From positions 1 to 17,605 of the forward strand of contig CAWBBV010000010.1 in NCBI GenBank assembly GCA_963787125.1: a DNA stretch of 17,605 bases. Reading direction: 5' to 3'. This DNA comes from an uncultured delta proteobacterium (lineage in GTDB: Bacteria > Desulfobacterota > Desulfuromonadia > Geobacterales > DSM-12255). A program made the position numbers and the translations under genes. The notes beneath the pieces were generated by a model that had not been told where the DNA came from, searched no databases, and was given only the letters and a program-made list of their open reading frames with translations. Shown in pieces: positions 8,376 to 15,271 of the stretch. How positions within the stretch are numbered: position 1 is the first letter of the stretch; the number at the start of each line of letters is the position of its first letter.

Positions 8376-9638
8376 ATGACTGAAGAACTTAATGAAGTCT
8401 ACCTCAGCCGGGTTATGGGGAAGACTGTTATTAATGAACATGGCCATAAGATTGGTTCACTCTCTGACATAGTCATGGTGCCTGGCGAAGGGTTCCCCCA
8501 GGTTTCCCACTTTATTGTCAAGAAAGGCGCTCTGCATGTCATTATTCCATGGAGTTCAATAACCCTCTTTAATCGTTACGTTGTCTCCGTCAGCGGCAGG
8601 GCCGTTGATTTCGACTGTTATGAAGAAGCGGAAGGAGAAATCCTTCTCAAGCGCGACATTCTTGATAAGCAGATTGTTGATGTTGACGGCGCTAAAGTTG
8701 TCAGGGTAAATGACATCAAGCTTGGCAGGTACAAGGGGTTTCTCTGTATTCTTTCAGTAGATATCGGCCTTAAAGGCCTCTTGCGGCGGCTTGGTTACGA
8801 GCGGATCGGTGAGAAGATCGCGTCATTTCTCAATAAGGAGATCCCCCGTCAGGAGATAAGCTGGGAGTATGTGCAACCACTTGAATTTAACCTCTCCAGG
8901 CTGACACTTACCATGGCCCATGACCAGCTAGCGGAGATGCATCCGGCTGATTTGGCTTCAATAATCTCCAATATCTCTCATCAGCATATTCAGACGGTGC
9001 TGACTTCCCTTGATACTGAGACCGCCGGTGAGGCAATTCACGAGCTTGATCCGGAACTGCGCAGCAGGGTTATTTCTGAGATGGATAGCGAGCTGGCGTC
9101 TGATATCCTCGAAGAAATGGAGCCGGATGAGGCTGCTGATGTCCTTGGCGACCTTTCCGACGAAAAGGCTAAAGAGCTGCTTGATCTGATGGATGCCGAA
9201 GAAGCGGAAGAGATCCAGGAGCTAATGGAGCATGAGGATGACACCGCTGGCGGCCTGATGAACAACTCTTTTCTGAGCCTCCCGCTGGATGCTACTGCCG
9301 GTGCCGCGTTCGAACTGCTCAAAACCATGGCTCCTGATGTTGAAATGATTCATTATGGTTATGTTCTCGATGCCAAAGAGAATTTACTTGGCGTTGTCAG
9401 CCTGCGAGACCTGCTCGTTAGTCCGCCACAGACACCGGTCGCAGAGATAATGGTGGAGAACGTAAAGTATGTCATGGCTGATGCGGAGCCTGAGGATGTT
9501 CTTGAAATAATTGCCAAGTACAACCTTGTGTCAGTTCCGGTGCTTGATGGAAACGGGACAATGCTTGGGATTGTCACCATCGACGATATTATCGAGCTTT
9601 TCATCCCCTACGCACTGAAACGCAAGCGCCACGGCTGA
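8376..9638 (+). CDS. Soluble MgtE-like regulatory protein (PRC-barrel, MgtE_N and CBS pair; no membrane domain)
   Basis: YLSRVMGKTVINEHG and DILDKQIVDVDGAKVVRVNDI (PRC); LAEMHPADLA...LEEMEPDEAADVLG (MgtE_N); EDDTAGGLM...LLGVVSLRDLL...MLGIVTIDDII (CBS). Ends without TM helices. Confidence 0.9.
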   Translation: MTEELNEVYLSRVMGKTVINEHGHKIGSLSDIVMVPGEGFPQVSHFIVKKGALHVIIPWSSITLFNRYVVSVSGRAVDFDCYEEAEGEILLKRDILDKQIVDVDGAKVVRVNDIKLGRYKGFLCILSVDIGLKGLLRRLGYERIGEKIASFLNKEIPRQEISWEYVQPLEFNLSRLTLTMAHDQLAEMHPADLASIISNISHQHIQTVLTSLDTETAGEAIHELDPELRSRVISEMDSELASDILEEMEPDEAADVLGDLSDEKAKELLDLMDAEEAEEIQELMEHEDDTAGGLMNNSFLSLPLDATAGAAFELLKTMAPDVEMIHYGYVLDAKENLLGVVSLRDLLVSPPQTPVAEIMVENVKYVMADAEPEDVLEIIAKYNLVSVPVLDGNGTMLGIVTIDDIIELFIPYALKRKRHG

Positions 9639-9707
9639 TTTGCCTCTCAAGATGATTCTTCCTCCCCCCCCATGCTACGAATTTTCATTGTTTTTAGAGG
9701 TTACCAC

Positions 9708-11006
9708 ATGTTTACCGGAAACATTTTTTCCCGCTTATTGCGACCGTTCAAAAAGGTCAACACAAAAAATATAGCGCTATTCCTTGCAATTCTTGGCCCT
9801 GGGATCATTACCGCCAATGTTGACAATGATGCCGGCGGCATTACTACTTACTCACTGGCCGCTGCCAATTACGGCAATTCGATCCTCTGGATGATGATCC
9901 CCACCACAGTCGCTCTAGTGGTGGTGCAGGAGATGTGCGCCCGAATGGGAGCGGTGACCGGCAAAGGGCTCTCCGATCTGATCCGTGAATCCTTCGGGGT
10001 AAAGGTGACTTTCTATGTCATGATCGCCCTGTTTCTTACCAATATGGGGAACTCCATCTCCGAGTTTGCCGGCATCGCCGCCAGTCTTGAAATATTCGGT
10101 ATCAGCAAATACTTTTCCGTACCGATCTGCGCCCTGCTTGTCTGGATGCTGATTGTCAAGGGGTCCTACAAGACCGTGGAAAAAGTTTTTCTGATCGCCT
10201 GCCTGGTTTATCTTGCCTATCCGCTTGCCGCTTTCATGGCCGGACCGAAGTGGGATCTGGTGCTCAAGGCGACGATAACTCCGACCTTCAAGAGTGACAG
10301 TGCCTATGTAATGACCCTTATCGGTATCATCGGCACCACCATCGCCCCCTGGATGCAGTTTTACCAGCAGTCGGCCGTGGTGGAGAAGGGGATCACAGCC
10401 GAACAGTACGGCTTCACCCGGCTCGATGTCATTATCGGCTGTGTGCTGGCTATCGTCGTGGCATTCTTTATGATGGTGGCTTGTGCTTCGACCATTCACG
10501 TACAGGGACTCAAGATCGAGACCGCCGCCGATGCGGCCATGGCCCTGAAACCGCTGGTTGGCCAGCATGCCTCTTCCCTGTTTGCCTTCGGTCTGTTCAA
10601 TGCATCGCTCTTCGGAGCCTGCATCCTCCCCCTGTCCACCGCCTTCTACATCTGTGAGGGAATGGGATGGGAGTCGGGGGTAGATAAGGACTTTCGCAAT
10701 GCCCCCCAGTTTTTCTGGCTTTTCACGGTCATTATCGTCATCAGCGCCCTGATTATCCTTATCCCCAACGCGCCGCTCATCACCATCATGTATATCTCCC
10801 AGGTTGTCAACGGCGCGGTCCTCCCCTTCGTACTCATCTTCATGCTGATTCTGATCAACAATCGGCGGCTCATGGGGAAATTTGTCAACGGCCCTGTGTT
10901 CAACTGCATCGCCTGGATAACTGTGGTCACCATGGTTCTCCTTACTCTGCTGATGACTTTTGACATGATATTCCCCGGCTTGTTTGGCCGTTTATTTGGC
11001 AAGTAG
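9708..11006 (+). CDS. Nramp-family divalent cation transporter, Nramp-related Mg2+ transporter (NrmT-like) subgroup
   Basis: GPGIITANVDNDAGGITTYS, QEMCARMGAVTGKGL and GTTIAPWMQFYQQS replace the MntH DPGN/MPH motifs. Start placed at ATG 9708 after AGAGG (ORF track starts at 9672). Confidence 0.88.
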   Translation: MFTGNIFSRLLRPFKKVNTKNIALFLAILGPGIITANVDNDAGGITTYSLAAANYGNSILWMMIPTTVALVVVQEMCARMGAVTGKGLSDLIRESFGVKVTFYVMIALFLTNMGNSISEFAGIAASLEIFGISKYFSVPICALLVWMLIVKGSYKTVEKVFLIACLVYLAYPLAAFMAGPKWDLVLKATITPTFKSDSAYVMTLIGIIGTTIAPWMQFYQQSAVVEKGITAEQYGFTRLDVIIGCVLAIVVAFFMMVACASTIHVQGLKIETAADAAMALKPLVGQHASSLFAFGLFNASLFGACILPLSTAFYICEGMGWESGVDKDFRNAPQFFWLFTVIIVISALIILIPNAPLITIMYISQVVNGAVLPFVLIFMLILINNRRLMGKFVNGPVFNCIAWITVVTMVLLTLLMTFDMIFPGLFGRLFGK

Positions 11007-11016
11007 TCTGAAACGG

Positions 11017-11052
11017 CAAGGGGCAGCTTTGTTCTCACAAAGCTGCCCCTTG
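11017..11052. terminator. Bidirectional intrinsic terminator-like hairpin
   Basis: Perfect 16-bp stem CAAGGGGCAGCTTTGT-tctc-ACAAAGCTGCCCCTTG between the convergent Nramp and Hsp20 genes. Confidence 0.85.
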
Positions 11053-11079
11053 TTCTACAGATACTGTTATTCTCGATGA

Positions 11080-11523
11080 TTATTTAACCTCGACAGAGAT
11101 CTGCTTCGGTTTTGTCTCCTTGCTCTTGGGGAGGGTAATGGTCAGGATCCCTTTGTCACATGAAGCCTGCACCTGGTCCTGATTGATAGAATGGGGCAGG
11201 GAGAAGCTTCTTTGGAACTGGCCGAAGTAACGTTCCACCCGGTAGTAGTTCTCCTTCTTGACATCGGTTGAGTGTTTCCTCTCCCCTTTGAGGGTCAGGG
11301 TGTTGTTCTCGATCCGGACCTCGATATCTTTCTGCTCAACATCAGGGATTTCGGCTTTGATGACAACAGAATGCTCATCCTCGTAGATATCCACCGGCGG
11401 TTGCCAGACCCCCTCTCTCAACTCCTCCCCAAACTCCCGGTTCCACGCCATATCAAGCATCCGGTTCATCTGATCCTGCATGGTGCGGAGCTCTCTGAAA
11501 GGGTTGTTCTTGACGATTGCCAT
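11080..11523 (-). CDS. Small heat shock protein, Hsp20/alpha-crystallin family
   Basis: WQPPVDIYED...AEIPDV...LTLKGERK...ERYFGQFQRSFSLP...GILTITLPK and C-terminal ISV motif. SD GGAGGTG. Confidence 0.95.
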   Translation of the reverse strand: MAIVKNNPFRELRTMQDQMNRMLDMAWNREFGEELREGVWQPPVDIYEDEHSVVIKAEIPDVEQKDIEVRIENNTLTLKGERKHSTDVKKENYYRVERYFGQFQRSFSLPHSINQDQVQASCDKGILTITLPKSKETKPKQISVEVK

Positions 11524-11563
11524 CTGATATGCACCTCCATGAAATTGTTGAACTTCTGTTGGG

Positions 11564-11591
11564 AATAAAAACTGGCTTTAAGAAAATCAAG
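11564..11591 (-). promoter_or_regulatory. Possible RpoH (sigma32)-type promoter of hsp20
   Basis: Minus strand CTTGA-N16-TTTTATT upstream of a heat-shock gene; the -35 fits, the -10 is poor. Confidence 0.3.
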
Positions 11592-11601
11592 GGTGTGAAT
11601 A

Positions 11602-12003
11602 TCACCCGTACAGCCGCACCTCATCAACGAGACCGGGGTGTTTATCCAGAATTTTAAGCAGAACAACCGTTGACTTGGCGGGCCTTGTCACGCCGCGTTC
11701 GTACTCGGAAAAAGAATTAACGCCCCCGCCAAAAAGCTTTGCTGCCTCTTTCTGGGTAAGGTGCAGCTTACGCCGAATCCGGCGTAATTCATCTGCCAGA
11801 CGAGCGTCAACTTCAAGCACAAAGCGGTCAATTTCTGCTGCATAGCGGACACCTTCTCCATCGGCAAAGATTGCTTCGTTGCATGACGAGCAGAACCAGC
11901 CGCGCACCTGCTCAACCACAACATTTTCATGCTTGTATTCAAAAGGGATGTCTCGCGGTTCAAACACCATATCCGGGCTGCCACATGAAGGACATGCTTT
12001 CAT
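11602..12003 (-). CDS. mqsA: Type II antitoxin MqsA (zinc finger plus HTH)
   Basis: CPSC...CSSC zinc finger; IRRKLHLTQKEAAKLFGGGVNSFSEYERG...LLKILDKHP matches the MqsA C-terminus. Confidence 0.95.
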   Translation of the reverse strand: MKACPSCGSPDMVFEPRDIPFEYKHENVVVEQVRGWFCSSCNEAIFADGEGVRYAAEIDRFVLEVDARLADELRRIRRKLHLTQKEAAKLFGGGVNSFSEYERGVTRPAKSTVVLLKILDKHPGLVDEVRLYG

Positions 12004-12004
12004 A

Positions 12005-12307
12005 TTATTTCTCCTTGAACTGGATCACCACAGCACCTTCCTGGAGAGTGATCTTGATATAGGCGATTCGACCAACTGGAGTCGGAGCATGATAGACATC
12101 CTGCCACAGAGTGGAATCATGGTTAGTGGTCATGCTCTTGTAGAACATGGCCGGTGTCAACGACAGAATAACTGCCAGAGATTGAGCGGCTGAAAGCCCC
12201 ATCAGTCTGGCATTGTTGATAGCTGTCAGGGTAAAAGCGTCACTCCCTTTGAGAGCGACAACTGCTTGAACCTCACGTAAGGAATAATGTGGCCGCCGTT
12301 TATCCAT
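12005..12307 (-). CDS. mqsR: Type II toxin MqsR (mRNA interferase)
   Basis: MDKRRPHYSL...FYKSMTT..DSTLWQDVYH...YIK...VIQFKEK; stop is 1 nt before the mqsA ATG. Confidence 0.95.
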   Translation of the reverse strand: MDKRRPHYSLREVQAVVALKGSDAFTLTAINNARLMGLSAAQSLAVILSLTPAMFYKSMTTNHDSTLWQDVYHAPTPVGRIAYIKITLQEGAVVIQFKEK

Positions 12308-12313
12308 GGATGC

Positions 12314-12342
12314 ATAATAATGGAATCCGTTGATTTAGGCAA
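12314..12342 (-). promoter_or_regulatory. sigma70 promoter of mqsRA, probably giving a leaderless mRNA
   Basis: TTGCCT(12342-12337)-N17-TATTAT(12319-12314)-N6-ATG; no SD. Confidence 0.6.
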
Positions 12343-12354
12343 CAGTGATGTTGC
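12339..12354. promoter_or_regulatory. Candidate operator (inverted repeat)
   Basis: GCAACA-gtga-TGTTGC overlaps the mqsR -35 box. Confidence 0.4.
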
Positions 12355-12393
12355 TGGCCAGTATATATGATAAGCGACATTTAATCCGTTGCC

Positions 12394-12422
12394 TTGACAA
12401 TCGTAGAACGGCATTGTATTGT
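12394..12422 (+). promoter_or_regulatory. Near-consensus sigma70 promoter divergent from mqsRA
   Basis: TTGACA(12394-12399)-N17-TATTGT(12417-12422). Confidence 0.7.
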
Positions 12423-12456
12423 GCGCGGGCTGTAATGATTCAGTGTGAGGGGTGTT

Positions 12457-12531
12457 ATGGGAAAATCAATTTTGCTGTTAAAAACCGCGGCACCGGTAAT
12501 CCACCGGCAAGGCGGTTTTTTTTGTAACTAA
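12457..12531 (+). CDS. Possible 24-aa leader peptide MGKSILLLKTAAPVIHRQGGFFCN
   Basis: SD-like GAGGGG 4 nt before ATG 12457; the frame runs through the terminator hairpin to TAA 12529-12531. No homology evidence. Confidence 0.25.
   Translation: MGKSILLLKTAAPVIHRQGGFFCN
12480..12523 (+). terminator. Intrinsic terminator-like hairpin with T8 tail
   Basis: AAAAACCGC-ggca-CCGGT-aatcc-ACCGG-caag-GCGGTTTTTTTT. Confidence 0.65.
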
Positions 12532-12569
12532 ATCGAGCAACTGATTCAGCGCATCAAGGCAGTCAAAGT

Positions 12570-12649
12570 CAAATCCCCCCTAACCCCCCTTTAAAAAGTG
12601 GGGGACATAAAAGCCTCCCCCTTTTTAAAGGGGGATTGAGGGGGATTTG
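12570..12649. repeat. Palindromic REP/MITE-like element with C and G runs
   Basis: Arms CAAATCCCCCCTAACCCCCCTTTAAAAAGTGGGGGA and TCCCCCTTTTTAAAGGGGGATTGAGGGGGATTTG are near reverse complements; each arm also holds a CCCCCTTT..AAAGGGGG-type sub-hairpin. Confidence 0.75.
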
Positions 12650-12716
12650 CAGTAAAGGCCACTTGTACAGGAAAATGCTAAATGGTTACCTAAAACGAGC
12701 AACTAAAGGGGGCTTC

Positions 12717-13484
12717 ATGGCCGCAATCTATGAAAAAGGCAATCTCTATCAACTGGAACTGAACCGTTTGATCCCCGACCCGGAGCAGCCGCGCAAATTC
12801 TTCGATGAGCAGGCGCTGGCTGAATTGACCGCTTCCATCAGTAGCCACGGCGTCCTGCAACCAATACTCGTGAGGGAGGGGGCGGAAGGGATGTTTTACA
12901 TCGTCTCCGGTGAGCGGCGCTATCAGGCCGCCAAAAACGCCGGACTGGCAACCATCCCCGCCATCATCACCGATGGCGAACCGGCGGAGATCGCCCTTAT
13001 CGAGAATCTGATCCGGGAGAACCTGACCGCCATTGAAGAGGCCGAGGCGATTGAGCGGCTGCGGAGCGTGCATGATTACGGGCTGGCTGAATTGGGCGCG
13101 GTGCTTGGCAAGGCGGAATCAACCCTGTGTGAGTTGCTTTTGCTCAACAGGCTTCCGGCAGAGATTAAGGATGATTGCCGTAACAATCCCAAAACCTTGC
13201 GCAGTATCCTTACTGTCATAGCCCGGCAAAAGACGCCGGTGAAGATGGTCGCCCTTTACACGAAATACAAGGAGAGCGGCCTTACTTACGGTGAGGTCAT
13301 CAAGAAGGCGGCGAAACCGAAAGTGAAAAGTCCCCTGCTACCGGAGGATCTTGCCGCCTTGGCCGAGCGACTTGACCTGCTGGTAGCTGCTGATCTGACC
13401 ACGGAACTGAAAGCGGCGTTCATTCCGGAGTTGAACAAGCTGCGTGGCGTGGCGTACCAGAAGATCAAGCTGTTCAAAGTGTGA
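12717..13484 (+). CDS. ParB/Spo0J-family protein, orphan (no parA in window)
   Basis: PDPEQPRKFFD..LAEL..SI..HGVLQPILVR...IVSGERRYQAA (GxRR motif), ALIENLIRENLTAIEEA and HTH LAELGAVLGKAESTLCELL. Start placed at ATG 12717 after AAAGGGGG; the ORF-track start at 12636 lies inside the repeat. Confidence 0.9.
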   Translation: MAAIYEKGNLYQLELNRLIPDPEQPRKFFDEQALAELTASISSHGVLQPILVREGAEGMFYIVSGERRYQAAKNAGLATIPAIITDGEPAEIALIENLIRENLTAIEEAEAIERLRSVHDYGLAELGAVLGKAESTLCELLLLNRLPAEIKDDCRNNPKTLRSILTVIARQKTPVKMVALYTKYKESGLTYGEVIKKAAKPKVKSPLLPEDLAALAERLDLLVAADLTTELKAAFIPELNKLRGVAYQKIKLFKV

Positions 13485-13567
13485 GATTTTGATGATTTCA
13501 TGAGAGGAATTGCCTGGAATCTGCAAAAATTTGAGCAAACAGTGTAATGATATCAGTCAAGTTACTC

Positions 13568-13589
13568 TAAATTCGGACGTCCGAATTTA
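13568..13589. promoter_or_regulatory. Perfect 22-bp palindrome, parS-like binding site candidate
   Basis: TAAATTCGGAC|GTCCGAATTTA, no loop and no adjoining U-tract, 83 nt after the ParB stop. Confidence 0.55.
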
Positions 13590-13658
13590 TATGTTTTTTA
13601 ATGATGTCGCTTGTGTTAAAAGGTCAGTTGAAGTCAAATTTGAGTTAAGAGGTGATCA

Positions 13659-13916
13659 ATGACTAAAAAAGCAGTGGATAAATCCTCGGAACAGAAGACT
13701 ACCGAAAAAATGACGATTCCAAAGTTCGTAGCACTGTTTATAGCGACTGTGGGGGCGGCTGTTGCTAACTCAATTGCCATTGGCAAGTTTTGGGAATCAC
13801 TTTCGCCTAAATCAGTTGAACTAAAGATTTTTGGCGTCTTCGCGTCAATTTGTTTATGTTACTATTTGAGCGTAGGAACTAAGGCGAAATTTAAAAATTG
13901 GAGACTGGTCAACTGA
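13659..13916 (+). CDS. Small hypothetical membrane protein (two TM helices)
   Basis: SD AGAGGTG; two hydrophobic stretches FVALFIATVGAAVANSIAI and IFGVFASICLCYYLSV. AT-rich. Confidence 0.6.
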   Translation: MTKKAVDKSSEQKTTEKMTIPKFVALFIATVGAAVANSIAIGKFWESLSPKSVELKIFGVFASICLCYYLSVGTKAKFKNWRLVN

Positions 13917-14121
13917 TGTATCAAATTTCACCACAGTTAGACTAGTTTTTATGAGTTTGATTTGAGCAACAACTCGTCAAATTCCAATTAGTAGGATAGT
14001 GGTGACATCGCTAAATTTGTCAATATGCTGTTCTTGCATAAGATGTGGTACGTTTAAAATGCTATTAAAGTAGAATGAACAGAGCCCCGATTAGAAAAAC
14101 TATAAAGCAAGGAGCTGCAAA

Positions 14122-15042
14122 ATGATAAAATTCTGTATTACAATCGCTATGGCAGTTGTTTTAGTCGCAAATAACGCAATAGCGGTACAAGTTAAATTTC
14201 CTTTGCCGACCAAACTTGAATCATGTTCACAATCCAGCTTGCAAAAGATTGTTAAAACGTCGAGAGAAATGGCTTTGATAGACAATAGGTCTTTGTGGGG
14301 AAGATGGGGGCTGCTTTATGACTTGGCTGAAAATTGTACATTGACTATTCATGTTGCTCCTAACACAGACTTTACTAAAAATTACCAGATGAAGCGCCGC
14401 AAAGAGAGCCGACATACAAGATTCATTGATGCTCAATGGAATCTTATAGATATGAAAGTTGACCCAGGAATCTTATTTCAAATCAGTGCCGATTCTATAA
14501 TGCAGTCCAGAGAAATCTATTTTAAAGAAATAGAGCCTATAATAGCCGATGATTCTGATTATGAAAAATGGAAATCCACCAAGCTAGAAAAGGTAAAGTT
14601 AGCCGAATTGGAAGAACAAACAAAAAACGAAAAACGAAAACTCAATTCTATAATAAGCATTCCAAAGCCGAAATACGATAAGGGTGACCCTGTAATTAAT
14701 GTAAATTTTGATGGTTACATGTTGAAAATAACAAACAAAAGTGCTGAGTTTGTCACAATATCAACTATATCAACCTATTATAATAACAAGATAAATACTT
14801 TGTCCGGCCTCAATCTTGAGATATCACCGGAAAGTACCCCTGAAAAAGGCATTCACCACAGTGAATTGTTTTCTAAGGAAATGGAAAAAAACGGCGAAAT
14901 AAGAGGAAGAGATCTCGCGAGTGCTAAGGAGAAAATTACTAAGTTCGGGTTTGCAATTAAGTATGTTGTTGAAGGAGTAGAAAAGAAATTTTATGCGGTA
15001 AATGACTACAATAATAGTGAACTGCTTAAAAACGAGCACTAA
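14122..15042 (+). CDS. Hypothetical exported protein
   Basis: 306-aa ORF, SD AAGGAG, signal peptide ending NAIA|V, central charged coiled-coil-like stretch, AT-rich codons. No family recognised. Confidence 0.8.
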   Translation: MIKFCITIAMAVVLVANNAIAVQVKFPLPTKLESCSQSSLQKIVKTSREMALIDNRSLWGRWGLLYDLAENCTLTIHVAPNTDFTKNYQMKRRKESRHTRFIDAQWNLIDMKVDPGILFQISADSIMQSREIYFKEIEPIIADDSDYEKWKSTKLEKVKLAELEEQTKNEKRKLNSIISIPKPKYDKGDPVINVNFDGYMLKITNKSAEFVTISTISTYYNNKINTLSGLNLEISPESTPEKGIHHSELFSKEMEKNGEIRGRDLASAKEKITKFGFAIKYVVEGVEKKFYAVNDYNNSELLKNEH

Positions 15043-15271
15043 CCCCTTGTCGTGGTGGTGTGAACACTAAATTAGTGGTGAGGCTTAAATTTGGGGAATG
15101 CATACGCAATTCTCTGCACACTAAATGAGAAGCATAATCAAAACAACAAGAGATGAGTGTCATGTTGACTATCTGGCCAGGATCTCAAAAAGTGTTATCA
15201 TCCGGCACGAAACAAGATTGAATCACACTATCAAATGCCGCATTGGCAAAACTGCGGAGGAGATGCTGATA

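Noticed and set aside
9664..9671. C8 tract as a phase-variation site
   Set aside because: Short and intergenic, upstream of both candidate starts; slippage would not shift a frame.
12423..12531. Phage C4/cI antisense RNA
   Set aside because: Only loose similarity (promoter and GCGGTTTTTT end); no cloverleaf and no ash/icd/ant gene downstream.
13907..13943. Integron attC site (GGTCAAC...GTTAGAC) after the 85-aa gene
   Set aside because: Too short, ends not properly complementary, no similar site after the next gene, no integrase.
13526..14022. Recurring AAATTTGAG / ATTTGAGCAA / TCAAATTT words as an array or operator set
   Set aside because: Short, irregularly spaced and in AT-rich DNA; consistent with chance. 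No CRISPR-like periodicity.
15064..15126. 9-bp direct repeat ACACTAAAT as a target-site duplication
   Set aside because: The 45 nt between the copies have no terminal inverted repeats or transposase remnant.
15125..15271. N-terminal extension of YhcG in the ORF track (likewise 12636-12716 for ParB and 9672-9707 for Nramp)
   Set aside because: Better SD-ATG pairs lie downstream and family similarity begins there.
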